From NCBI RefSeq assembly GCF_009914755.1, contig NC_060927.1: 64,000 nt of DNA, one strand, 5' to 3'. Shown here piece after piece: positions 14,375-29,481 of this stretch. Below the pieces are notes generated by a model, which was not told where the DNA came from, did no database searches, and saw only the letters and a list, made by a program, of their open reading frames with translations. How positions within the stretch are numbered: position 1 is the first letter of the stretch; every line of letters begins with the position of its first letter. Made by a program: the position numbers and the translations under genes. Origin of the DNA: the human T2T-CHM13v2.0 reference genome, Homo sapiens.

Positions 14375-14580
14375 TTAGGCTGGCACTATTGACATTTGGA
14401 TTAGGTAATTCTTTGTGTGGGGGCTGTCCTGTGCACAGGATACTTGGCAGCACCCCTGGTCTCTACCCACTAGCTGCCAGCAGCAGCACCCTCCCAGTGT
14501 GACAGTCAAAAATGTCTCTAGACATTGTCAAATATTAGGCGTTTGGGGCAGGGCAAAATCACCCCCAGACTGGGAATGAG
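14375..14580. mobile_element. MER20 hAT element
   Basis: ggcactattgacatttgga...aaaaatgtctctagacattgtcaaat. Confidence 0.8.
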
Positions 14581-15973
14581 ATATATAAATTCCTGTAGAA
14601 CAGGGTTTACCACCTTTTATTTCTGTAGCCTAGCCCCAGTCCACCACCCAGAGCCTGACACAGAGGAAGCACTTAGTGAATGTTCAGCTGATGTGTGACT
14701 ACACCAGAGGAATGAAGCCCCTTTTAAAAAGAACTGCTTGACTTCTCATGCACAGGGTCTCTGTTCTTTAAATGTGTCTCTAACACAGCTGAGTCCTGAG
14801 ATGGCCCTGATCCTGGGCACACACAATTGAAAGGGTTAAAGACATGGTTCACTAGCAAACAAATGTATTTTTTACAAGTATGGTACCAAAAAACAGTGTG
14901 TGAAATATCTGGTTTAAATGACAATGGTCAGTTCTCATAGCACACTTAAAACAAAGATATCCTGCCCTTTTATCTTTACCTCCAAGGAGCATGTTGAAAA
15001 GAATGCAATGGCCTTATTGGAGTTTTCATCTTGTAAGATCCTTTAATTGTATGTTTTTTTTCCTTTGGGTTCATTAACAGTTTCTATTTAAAATACATCC
15101 ACTTACAGACTGAAGATGTCAGAAGCCCCAGCAGGGACCATGGCTGGAAGGCCCAGTCTGTAGATGACTGCTCCCCTCTTCTGCACCCCTCATGCCTCTC
15201 CTGTTCCCAAACAGTTAACTGCCTTCTTCCTTCTCCTTCCCTTCCCCCATCCTTCAGCTTTTTAAATTTCACCTCAGAAGAAACCCCATCTATATTCTTT
15301 TGAACTCATGTGCTTTTGAGTCAGGGAAGGGATGACTTTTCTTCGTCTCTTTAATTCAACAGATCACAGAGCCATGGGCGCGTTGCCTTGCTCTGCTGCT
15401 CCCGGATGGAATTCAGCTGAGCAGTGGGAGAAGCCAGGGCAGTTCTTAAACTGTCCTCTGGGTGCAGCTGATCTCATTAAATCATGGCTTTTGTTGGTCT
15501 GCAGAATAAAGAACAGTCCTGCACTCCTCCGCTGTTCTCCATTGTGCTGGGGAACCTAGGGACTGTCAGAAATAGAAACGGTGACACTATTCTCGCCTTC
15601 TGAACATTGGTTACCACAGGGCAGGACTCGGGGGGAGAAAAAGAACATTTGGCTGAGAATGTTCACCTTTAAAAATACTTCTGAAGACTCCCAGCTCTGC
15701 CCAGTTACACTAGGCTTCGCCTGTGTGGCTTCTGTAATGGGGAGGGAGAGAAAGGATCTCCCCAGGACCTCAGATTGGCTTTACTGTGGCATCTCTTTCC
15801 TTGAGGGACACAATAGGTCCTGAGCAAAATGGGAAAAAAAGGAAAAAAAAATAAAAATACTTCTGAAGGTTTCAGAGCTACATAAGATAAAGAAACATCA
15901 GCATTTACATATCCAATCTCCTGTTTTCACAAACTGCCTTAACCCCCTTAATTAGCAGATGGCATGGGTATTT

Positions 15974-17673
<1,700 letters not shown>

Positions 17674-19338
17674 GAGGGCATGGGTATTTCAGAATTATCT
17701 TGTCTCTCAGCTTTGACACTCCTCACCTGCTATCTGGCATTAGTGCTGTGAAATCAGCTCTTGTCTCCCCTAAAGGCAGAAACAACCTAGGACTAATCCC
17801 ACCCTCCACAGCAGCACGCAATGGGGGCTCAGTTCCTTGGGCTGAATGCCTTGGTCTGTAGGTATTTTAAATTCTTGCTGTGAAGAGCTCCACTGTACCT
17901 ATTGGGGTCTGGCTGGAAGAGGAGAGTTTCATGAAAGGGGCTGTTAACTCAGGTGTGGGCAAGGTTAAGGGATGCTGAGGGTGGAACAGTAGCAATAAAA
18001 GGAAGCTGTTACCAGCCCTAGACAGTGGTATCTCCACTGGTCAAACCCATCCCAGACAGCCAGGAAGCCCTGGTGATGAAGTCCAAATTGGTCGGCCTCC
18101 CAGGGAACAGGGCAGGACAAAGAAGGATAGAAAATGGCCCTAGAAGGTCAACAGAGAAGGACTAGCATAGCATTCTCAGACCTGTGGTGTGAATAGTAGG
18201 ACTGCCACCTTGAGGATGTATGCAGGGTTGTAAGTAACCCATAATCCCCAGCCTCAGAGGGAATGGAGAGCAAACCCAACTTCCCTTTTAGCTCCACCCC
18301 ACATTGCCCATGGAGTATACAACCAGTGGCAGCAGACACAGTAGACCTGCACTACAGGGAGCCCAGCTCTGCCACTGAATCCAGATCCATGCAGAGGATG
18401 TTGGTCCTCTTTCTTAAAGTTCTCCTACAACCCTTACAGCACTAAAGAGGATGTAGCACTAGAACTTGTGGAGACAACCATGGTTACTCAGGTGGTTCTG
18501 TGCCCTCAGAGAGCAAGGAAAGAAATACATTAGTCCCCTAAAGTATAATTCATGGAAGCCACATCCAACAAGATGCTCTAAGGTCAAATAAGTCTGGGAA
18601 GCTTGCACACTCTTTCTAGGAAAATTGAGATACATATTAGTACATTAAAGCCTCTGTGAAGACCTGCAGTAAAGAAATCTGTTTAACACTCTTTATTCTA
18701 GAGAATTTAATCACAAATAGGTGTTTCATTAAGGAAACACCTATTCTTATGCCTTGAACCACTCTGAGAAAGCCTTGTTGAACCAAGAGCCAGTGAATGC
18801 GATCACAGGCATCAATGACTAGAGTTTGAAGGGGTCATAGGTTACTCAGACATGGTAACCACAGTTCTCACCAAAAGTGGACCTTAACTTGCCAAGCAAG
18901 TCCAAGTGAATATTTTTCAAATGGGTTATGTTTTATAAAGCTAGAATAACATTTTCATCATATAGCATGTTACCTTTTGTTATTTCAAGCCAGCCACAGA
19001 GCCAATATCATATCCATCTATAACCATAGTAACTCTAGTACCTTTATGTTAAAATCTGAAATGCAAAATGTTATAACATTCCAACTGAGATTATCACAGC
19101 ATCATAGGGCAAGGAGGATAAAGGCAAGGGAACTAGCTTCAGCCCTCCTGAGATCACTTCTAGGCTCCACCAGTCCCCAGCTGTGAGACCTCAGAAAGTC
19201 ACTAAACCTTCCTAGAGCAAAAAAATTCTCATCTTGAACACAGTGATTATAATAGTCTCTACCTCAAGGGTTGCTATGAGCATATATAAGTCACATAAAA
19301 CCCTTGGCTTAGCCACTGGCTCAATAAATTAATGCTGT

Positions 19339-19379
19339 CATCATCATCATCATCATCATCCCCACCATCATCATCATTA
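19339..19379. repeat. (CAT)n microsatellite, interrupted, at a MIR end
   Basis: Seen directly. Confidence 0.9.
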
Positions 19380-21523
19380 TCCTCCTCCAGTCCTTTAGGC
19401 ACCATCACTTTGGCTGTAAATTCCTGTTCAGCTGGTATCAGTGCTAAACCACTAAATCTCTTCTGCCTCCTGGTGCCAGGAAAGTAGGCTTTTAGTGAAC
19501 ACAGAGTAAAACATGAACATTCTGGCCTTGCTGAGGGCTTGGAGCTTTTTCATCTTGCTTTGTCTTGGCAGGAAAAAAAAAAAAAAAAAGGAAGATTAGT
19601 GAATGAACATGTTGAAGATGTAAATAGCAATCAGGTTGATGCACATCCCAGGGTGTGATGACATTGAGTTTTGCGTGTTTCTGCTAAAATCAAGGTTCCA
19701 AGACCTTAGTTATGTCAAGTTATGTTTAACCACTGCCATGCTTAAATTATTTCGTTTCACTTAAATAACTCCAAATGTTGTCTCATTGTGTAAAACTGTA
19801 GATTTATATTTTAAATTATCTTATTAAAATAAATTTACTTTTTTGGTGTAGATAGGGAAAAGTATTAAAAAAGTATGATAAACTTCAAACCTCTCTCTCT
19901 GTTTCTCCCCCTTTTCCCCACCCCCAATTATTTTTTTACCCTCTAAAGGGAAGTTTTTCAACTTGAGAAATTTTGTGATACATTATTTGAATAATTTCTT
20001 CACTCAAATACCTTTGAAATACTTATCATTTCTTTCATTTGACAATAATCATTTCTTGCTTTAAAAACAAAAATAAATGGCTAAGATTAAATTGTGAAGA
20101 TCTCTTAGAAACAGAATTTCTCTGTATGAAACAGAATTACATATTCAGCATATAATAAAGAAATATAAAACAAAAGATAAACTGAAGTGTGGCAATTCCC
20201 ATCAGACATTTGATTCATGGCCCCTGTATGACTGGTGAATCATTTGATGTGACATCTTCTGTACCAGTCACTGCTGAAAGCTCCCACAGCCCAGGTAATT
20301 ATGCCTGATGATGATGCACAAATTTGCTTTCATCAAACCTGTACCTGCCTTTGCTCCACCTTGAAATGTTTTGTAAAATTGCCAGTTTTAAAACAGATGA
20401 GTGAATCATGCCAAGGAATTGACAGAGTGGGAACATCTCAGGCTTCTTTCCCTCACCAACACAGCATCACTAAGTGTAAAAAAAAAAAAAAAAAAAGTGC
20501 ATGACTAGTGTACCTGAGCTCTTGACTCATCTTCAACTCTGCTATATTTTTAACTCAAATTAAGGAAACTGTTAAAGTCTTGGCCATATGTTTCATTCAA
20601 ATCAACTCTAAATTGCTGTGATTACAGGTTTAGGATTTTATATATGTTGATTAAACCTCAAGAACCTCTCTTTAAGTAATTACTTTCTTTAGATACATCT
20701 CATTTCTTGTGTTGTTGGTTGCTTCATCACATTATTGATTAGGATGAGGGGGTATTTGTTTCATTCACCCTGGCCCACATCCCTTAGTCTGAATTATTTC
20801 AAGGATTTCACCTTGCTCACTTTTATGGGAATAACCTTATAAACTTGTAAGTAAAAAATGTTTCTTTTTCTTAAATTTCTTTATCAGACTTGCTCTCTTA
20901 TTTTTAACAGCTCTCAACAATTGTCCTAATTGACAGACAAATAGATACATGCTTCTCTTAACATCACACTATTTTCTAAGAAATATTTTTCTATTACAAA
21001 CTTCAGGTTTATTTTAATTCCCTTAACCTCGTTGAAGCATGCAGAAGCTAATTAATCAGAGAGAATTCACTCAAAATTTGTAATTATTTTAAATTATTTC
21101 CCCTCTTTCTTGTTTTCTGATTTTTTTCTCAATTACTAAATGCCAACCAAAAATTGTATTGGCAAAACTCCATCATGAGTCTCTTTGTTTCTTCTTTATA
21201 GTCATTTTTATAGTCACTGGACCAATACACAATTCGCATAGCTGATGTCATGTATTTTGTACTATTTGAACAAAAGCAACTTTGAAATGCTTTTTCTTAC
21301 AGGAAAGTTTGTGGGAGAGGGAAGGTGTGGTTGACAGTGAGGGGTGTCAAGACCTCACACATTTAAGTGTGAAGAACGTTTATAAATGTTATAAAAATAA
21401 CATCCCCCCTGCAATGTGAAGTCCAGTTATCTCACTCCCCTGAATTGCTGGGGTCCCCTCAAGGGACCCCCAACCAGTCCCAAGTCTGCAGACATGAACT
21501 CAAATGTAGCACTGTCTCTACAG

Positions 21524-21685
21524 GTATACCTGGCAGCAGGCACTGTGTATGGACTGGAGACCCAGCTGACTGAGCTAGAAGATGCCGCCCGCTGCATCCA
21601 CAGCGGCACTGATGAGACCCATCTGGCGGATCTGGAGGACCAGGTGGCCACGGCTGCAGCCCAAGTCCACCATGCTGAACTCCAG
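21524..21685 (+). CDS. MYRIP: MYRIP coding exon (VYLAAGTVYGLETQLTELED...HHAELQ), 162 nt, phase 0/0; heptad-rich melanophilin/MyRIP C-terminal region
   Basis: ctacag|GTA acceptor, CAG|gtgaga donor, GC-rich coding-like composition. Confidence 0.95.
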
Positions 21686-22384
21686 GTGAGAACTCTCCTC
21701 TCTGCCCACATGGGTCCTGCAGGGTGAAACAGGGAGCCCCATGTTCTACAAGAATCACTTTAAAGCCATTGTATCTATCAGCTCCCATCATCTCCAGCAT
21801 GTTTGCGTGGATACAGTCCTTCCAGATGGATTCCACCAAATTCTCCCTTTAAAAGTGTAGTCCTCTTCTCTGCCAAATTAAAGTCTCGATAATATATTGG
21901 ATGCCCTTTAAACCTTATACCAGTTTCCTCTTTGAGAAGTTTCCTGACCCATACATAGGTCTCTCTACTATACAGGTTTCCATTCCACTCCAAGACCATC
22001 CTTTTCTGACCCTTGTCACACTGTTGATTACTTATTAAGTAATATTATTAAGTAATATTCCCCATTATAGACTGAAAGCTCCATGAGAATAGAACTATAG
22101 CTGTGTGGCTTAACATGTAACTCCAGTGCCTAGCACAATACCTGGCACAGATTTAGCACACAATAAAAATGGGGTGAACAAATGAAGGAAATTGGAAGCA
22201 TAGATTTCTCAGGACAATATTTTTCATGAGGAACAGGGAGGATTTAGATACGGCTATTTCAGAACTGATTGACATAGTCTCTATAACTTTGTGACTATGG
22301 CTGTTTGAAGTTTTCACAGATATTCCCGTAGCCTTTGACTCTGTAAAAAATTGACCATGGATTAAGCCACTGATTTTCAAACTA

Positions 22385-23184
<800 letters not shown>

Positions 23185-23206
23185 TAAAACCATATCTAGA
23201 TAGAGA

Positions 23207-23827
23207 CATAAATCAAAGAAAATGACTGAAGTGAGTCTCAATCATTTTAGAGGGTTTTTTTTTCGGCCAAGATTTAGGATGCACCCAGAAAAAAAGAGAC
23301 AGAAACCACAGTAGGATCTGTGGCTCACACTTTTTCCAAACAGGATTTTGAGGGTTTCAATATTTAAAGGGGAAAAGTGGGCAGGAGCGGAAATAGATGG
23401 AGGGAAAGAGGAAGGGTTTGGTGACATTCTTGTGAATCTGCCCATTGCACATGAAAAGGAGGGGTAAAGGGAATGGTCAACTATGTATTCATCTTGCACT
23501 CAGTAAATCTGTGCTTTACATAAGATAAAGTAAAAGTAAACAGAAGAGAGGAAGCAGTCAAATATGCATTTATTTTCAGGTGGGTGAGGGGACAATTTCT
23601 AGTCTCCTCTTGTCCTGTAACCCATGAAGATAAGCTATTAATTTACATTGTGAGGGTGACGGAAGCTGTGAAGACATGTGGCCTTCTATCTGTAGCTATC
23701 AGTTTAGGAACAAAAGAAGGAAAGGCAGTTTTGGGGGACAGGGAGGAGGGGGTTGTGACTCAGCTTCCAAACTTCTCCATTTTGGCATAGTGAATTGGGG
23801 GTCCCGAGATTTTATTTTCATTTCACA
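23207..23827 (-). mobile_element. MER4-family ERV1 solo LTR
   Basis: gattttgagggtttcaatatttaaagggga and terminal gattttattttcatttcaca; 4-bp TSD GAGA. Confidence 0.78.
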
Positions 23828-24610
23828 GAGACAATGACACTCTCAGGTGGTAATTATTTTAAAAGTAAATATTTTCACTTTATTGAGTCAAAAATACAAC
23901 TCCTGACATCATTAACCACTCTAGAGAATGAAAGGGCACAATTCTCCACTCTGTGGATGGGTCAATGCTGTGAACTAGAAATGAGCTTATCAGATAGATG
24001 GCCCTGTTGACTATTATCAGTAAGAATGGCTGAACAGCAATTCTCCTAAAAAAAAATTATTTTCCGTAAATTTCACCCAAGACTTAATCAATTTATTGTC
24101 AAAGATATATTAAGTAGAATCAAATCACTTGTTTTCTGTTACATTGTGTAGCAAATACTTCTTGAATGATTTTGCGGGAAGTAATATTTATGGGTGTTTG
24201 GGAGGATTTTATTGGATAATTATTCCCCCTTTATTGGATAGTTATTCCCCCTTCCACATTTTTCTAGACTTAAATTATTGTAGCCATGTTTTATGGCAGA
24301 AAACTCTAGAGTTCCAAATGTCCATTTTCCATGTGTTTAAATGTGTGCCTATTAATTTTTCATTTATTTTTAAATATTACAATAATGTTATCAATAATTC
24401 CCAATGTTCTGTGAGCGTTATTTTGTACTAGGTATTTGTCCTTAATGGTTTACCACATTATTGTATTTATTTTTTTCAGCAACCCCATAAGTGAGCTACT
24501 GCTACTATCCTCCTTTTATATCTGAGGAAACTTACCCAAGGTCAAATACCTAGAAAGTGATAAAACCGGGATTTTAATCCAAATTTCGTGACCTCATAGC
24601 CCACACTCTT

Positions 24611-24982
<372 letters not shown>

Positions 24983-27301
24983 TAGGTGTCCTTAACTTGC
25001 ATGGCATGGGAGGTTGTTGACCCTGCCTTCAGCTTTGTGGATTATCTCAACTGCACCGCCAGGCATGCGGAAATTCTCCCCACCAGGCTAACTGGTGCCA
25101 GAGAATGAAGCCTCCAACTCCCTGTTGTCTGTTCTCACCCAAAGTCTAGTTTCACAGAGGATTTCTTGCAGGATGGTAGGAGGGTCCCCATTGAGGGGGG
25201 CACATATGCTAAATTGTGTTCTTGGTAATATTAGGACAGAGTCTAAGGATGCTATCAACTTACTTAGAGTCTACTTTTGAGACAGAGTGCCGTTATCCAG
25301 TGCTGAAAGAGACTGCAGAATGACCCTTGTGGAGCATGCTAAGGGTGCTGTCCACTGCATCATGCAAGTTGTCTCTATGAGAGTTCCTGGAGAAAGCTTC
25401 TCTTAACTCCTAGTATCAGGAAAAGCTGTTCTTCTGAGTACTTGGTCTTCGATCTTGTGGACATGGAGCTCTTGGCTTTGGCTCCCAGGAAACTCAGAGC
25501 TGAATTGGTCATCCCCTTCTAGCAAATGTATAGCTCCTTGGACATGCAGTTCTAGAAGTGGGACATAATTATATATAGAGAGAAGATACAGGCAAAATCA
25601 GCCCTCAGTAGCCTCCTCTTTCTTTGTCCTTTGTCCTATGGACTGAAACCTGAAAAATTAGCCCTTTCTTATTCCAGAACCTGATAGTCCACAAATGAAG
25701 AGGTCAGCAGCTTGCTTTCCCATTGACCTTGTCTTTCCCAGGGCCCTCTGAGCAAGGCCCTCCATCAAAACTGCTTCCAGGGAAGAATGTGAGCATCTAA
25801 TCCACACCAGTTGCTTATGACTGGTAAAAGCTTAGCCTGCAACTTTTCTCAGAGGCTTGTGTAATTTGTTGGTTCATAAACCAAAAGAATGCAGTTCTTA
25901 ATGTGAAATTTGAAGATTAAGAACAGAAAGGCATCTGGGGACCAGGAAGGGAAGGACTCAAGTGGTGCCTTCTGGGGCTGGCTACTGGGTAGCTTGTAAT
26001 TCTCTTACCAGCTGCCACAGACTTGGCCTTCACCTACCTCCTCCTCCTTTTCTGACCATGACTGCCACCCCTCAGGGGTAGGGGATGCATCTTCCAAATT
26101 TGCTGACCCTTCAATCTTTCTGTGTACCTCCTATAGCTCCTATCACAGTAGACTTTGTTCAAAGAAGCCCTCAGTAAATGACAGCAGAATTCAAATTTGT
26201 CTTGAGTAGCACAGAATTGTGGAGGGCTGAGAGGCAATGGAGACCTCATGTGTGGAGCACACACACACATTGGCTAGGGTCTACCATCAGCTTATTGTCT
26301 GATTCCCTAACAACACTCAGAATGTACCATCTCAGCAGAATCTTGACCTCTTCCCTTGACTCTGCTAGCCTTTCCCTGCCTTTTCCAGCGTCCCCCATGC
26401 CGGGTGTTGGCACATCCTCTCAGACTGTGGCAATGTGACGAGAGCATGGCCACTGACATGAATTCCATGCACTGCCCAGATTGGCTGTGAGATGATGGGT
26501 GTATCACTTGTCCCTTTGAGCCAGTTTCCTTATCTGTGAAACCAAGATAATGGTACTTACTTCATAGAATTATTTAAAACACTTAGCATGGTTCCTGGCA
26601 CATAATAATGCCCTTTTCTAAGAGCAGGGACAATATCTTCATTTCTGGAGACAGGGGAGGACCAGGGTTCTCTCTGGGCACTAAGTGGGTTCTTACTTTC
26701 CATTTCTGCATTCAGACTCTGCTGAAAGAAAATCTGAGCTCTCTCTTGACCTTCCCATGTTACAAATTAGGAAAATGATGCCCAGAGAGGGGAGAGAGTT
26801 TCTCAAGGCTGGTTGGCTTCTTAATGGAGGAGATGGACTTGAACCAGGGACCGCTAGGCCTCCCTTCTAAAACCTGGTGCTGTGGTTTTGGATTCATGAA
26901 GTTATGGAAGAAGAAAGCAGGACATATAAATGACTATAACAGGACATATAAATCCTATGACTTCCCTGACCACTCCTCACCCCCATGCTGAGCCAGGTGG
27001 CCCCGGGCCAGGGTCCCCATCGTGTCCCCAGGCTTTCATTTATCCCCAGGCATACTCTGACAGGATTGTTGACATGCTCTAGAGCTAACAAACTAGAAAT
27101 TTAAACTTATAAAGAAAGGCCTGTGTTTTATTTTCTTGCTACACACTAGATAGAGGAGTGTTTGGTAGAAGTTGAATGAATGAATGAATGAATGAGCATA
27201 CATCAAAGCAGATTTGTCTTTATAAATTCTTAACACTTTTAAGAAATATTTTCCCCTTCCGTATTTTCTCCCTGCCAATCTTGTCTTTCTGTTGCTTTAA
27301 G

Positions 27302-27406
27302 ATTTCAGATATTGAGAGCCGGATTTCAGCCCTGACCATTGCAGGATTAAACATAGCACCATGTGTGCGCTTCACAAGAAGACGGGATCAGAAGCAAAGG
27401 ACCCAG
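27302..27406 (+). CDS. MYRIP: MYRIP coding exon (ISDIESRISALTIAGLNIAPCVRFTRRRDQKQRTQ), 105 nt, phase 0/0
   Basis: Long pyrimidine tract plus ttaag|ATT acceptor; CAG|gtgtgt donor. Confidence 0.93.
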
Positions 27407-27518
27407 GTGTGTTTGTCCCTTTCTCCCTCTGTTGGAATGTTACATGGCTTGGAAAATTTAGAAGACAAAATATCTTTGGCTCTGCAAAGGTATATTGCTC
27501 ATTGTGTTCTGTTTGTAG

Positions 27519-27579
27519 GTACAAACCATAGATACATCAAGGCAGCAAAGGAGGAAACTGCCTGCTCCACCGGTGAAAG
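27519..27579 (+). CDS. MYRIP: MYRIP coding exon (VQTIDTSRQQRRKLPAPPVK), 61 nt, phase 0/1
   Basis: ttgtag|GTA acceptor after a 112-nt intron; AAAG|gtatgc donor; phase matches the next exon. Confidence 0.9.
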
Positions 27580-27704
27580 GTATGCTAAATTAAAACCACA
27601 AAGCTACCAAAAAATTAAGCCTGAATCATTTACTTTGGGTAACAAAGAGACCTGAGTTTGAGAATTAGATCTAATGGAGTGTTCTCACACAGAATTGCTC
27701 TTGT

Positions 27705-28145
27705 CTATCTTGATTTGGGTCCCCCCAGAAGCAAACCCTGGGACAAGGATAGGAGTGAAAGTAGCTTGTTTGGAAGGTGCACTGCTAGAGAAGAAGATAA
27801 ATGATTCAGAGAAAGAAATTAAGTCAGTCAATACAGGGTACTTGAATTAGGAGTTATTTCTTTGGGCAAATAAAGCTAAGTCCTCCTGGTGACCTCTGGG
27901 AGACAATGTTGGCTGCACCTCAGAGTTTTCTGCCCAAAGGGCAGGGAGATGGGATATTTGTTCTAAAACTCCCATCCATCTCTGGCTGAGAGTTACTTCT
28001 AGAGGTATTAACTCCCTGGTACTTCTGACCTGCCCCATGCATGAGCCAAGACAGAGTGGTGGTACTTGCTGTAGGATCTGTTGGAATATGCTGGAATGGT
28101 GACTGTCAAAGAGAAGTGAACAGAACACCAAAAGTATCTGCCACA
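27705..28145. mobile_element. MLT1 (I/J-like) LTR
   Basis: tccccccagaagcaaaccctgggacaagga motif. Confidence 0.6.
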
Positions 28146-28960
28146 GTGTCCAATCTAGAAATGATCTGGCAATGCCAGTCATGTCGCCTTTATCTAATGG
28201 ACATTTTCAACAAATGCCCCAGGTTCAGAAGCCACAAAAGGGTGATACCAAACTAGAAATTTAGATTTACAAATTAGAGGAGGAGAAAGTCCAAAAATGT
28301 GCATTTGGGCCTTGGTTCTGCTATTGATCATTTAACAAACATTTATTGAATGTTTATAATCTACAAAACTGTATGCAGTTAAAATTTATCACAGATTCAC
28401 AGTCCTTTATTTGAAACCCTTGGGTCCCTATGTGCTTCATAATTTCTTGGGCATTAGAAAGGTAATATAGTACACGTGCTGTATATTTCTTTACACCCCC
28501 CATGGCATCTAGGCAGCATCTGAAAATCAAACAAACACATGAATATCCTTACAGCAGAGCACAAAAACATTTGCACTCCATGAGATGGACAAGGACATTA
28601 AATGGCCTCATGTCAGTTCAGGTCAGGTTTTATAATCAGATTCTTTTGGCTCCAAAGTTGTAAAAATTTGCAAGTTTTAGAACCTTTTCTATTTCAGGAC
28701 TGCACATAAGTATTTATGAACTGTACTGGGTTATCTCTGAGCTATCGTTCCACAGAAAGCTATCAATGATGCCCTGACTTATTTGTCCATCATAAAAATA
28801 AACACAAAACAAAAAGATCCCATAGTCAATCAAACACAGTACAGGAATGAGATTCCAAGTCTAGAACAAAAGTCTGAGTAATCTGGCCACCTTGTTTTTT
28901 CCTTAACAATCAATCAGTCCATCTTCTGGGTAACATTTTTTCCCATTTATTTCCTTTTAG

Positions 28961-29079
28961 CTGAAAAAATTGAGACATCTTCAGTGACTACCATTAAAAC
29001 ATTTAACCACAACTTCATTCTCCAAGGCTCCTCAACAAACAGGACTAAGGAAAGGAAAGGCACCACCAAGGATTTGATG
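28961..29079 (+). CDS. MYRIP: MYRIP penultimate coding exon (AEKIETSSVTTIKTFNHNFILQG...TTKDLM), 119 nt, phase 1/0
   Basis: ttccttttag|CT acceptor, ATG|gtaaat donor; open frame continuing from the previous exon. Confidence 0.92.
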
Positions 29080-29226
29080 GTAAATGTCATCTCTGTCTTA
29101 ATGTTCAACGCTTTCACTGTTGATGGTACCTCCACTCTGCAGCCTTTCCTTCTGTAGCTCCCGCATCAGAACCCCCAAAAAGTATCCTTCCTCCGTGGTC
29201 TTATGGTCTGTTGGATTTGACTGGGG

Positions 29227-29412
29227 GGTGGACTTAGCAGTAAACCAAGAGCAGAGTGCTTGGTTGAATAAGGCCATGAAGCACACACACACCGCCGGTC
29301 ACCCTCCTCAACTGTTACTCTAGAAATCACTATTACTAATAACTTTCTACGCAAGTATAGAGGAAATAAGTCGTAACATGGTAAGTGTACTGGAAATTGC
29401 ACTTGGACATAC
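29227..29412 (+). pseudogene. mt 12S rRNA 3' fragment (MT-RNR1-like, NUMT)
   Basis: CACACCGCCGGTCACCCTC and AAGTCGTAACATGGTAAG (h44/h45 region). Confidence 0.92.
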
Positions 29413-29481
29413 CAAAATGTAGCTTAACCCAAAGCATCCGGCTTACACCCAGAAGATTTCATCATGACCTAATCACTTTGA
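29413..29481 (+). pseudogene. mt tRNA-Val pseudogene (anticodon TAC 29444-29446)
   Basis: 69 nt between the 12S and 16S fragments, CAAAATGTAGCTTAA...CACTTTGA. Confidence 0.9.

Noticed and set aside
19700-20200. AT-rich stretch with three AATAAA hexamers (19828, 20072, 20154) as an intronic poly(A) site
   Set aside because: Expected by chance at this AT content, and no upstream terminal-exon acceptor was identified.
19573-20496. Isolated poly-A tracts (19573-19589, 20478-20496) as retrocopy tails
   Set aside because: No recognisable retrocopy body or convincing TSD; likely slippage expansions.
27188-27655. 155-aa ORF reading through the 112-nt intron
   Set aside because: Only the exon part is MYRIP. 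Retention shifts the frame and gives a premature stop in the next exon, and a stop-free run of 37 codons is plausible by chance.
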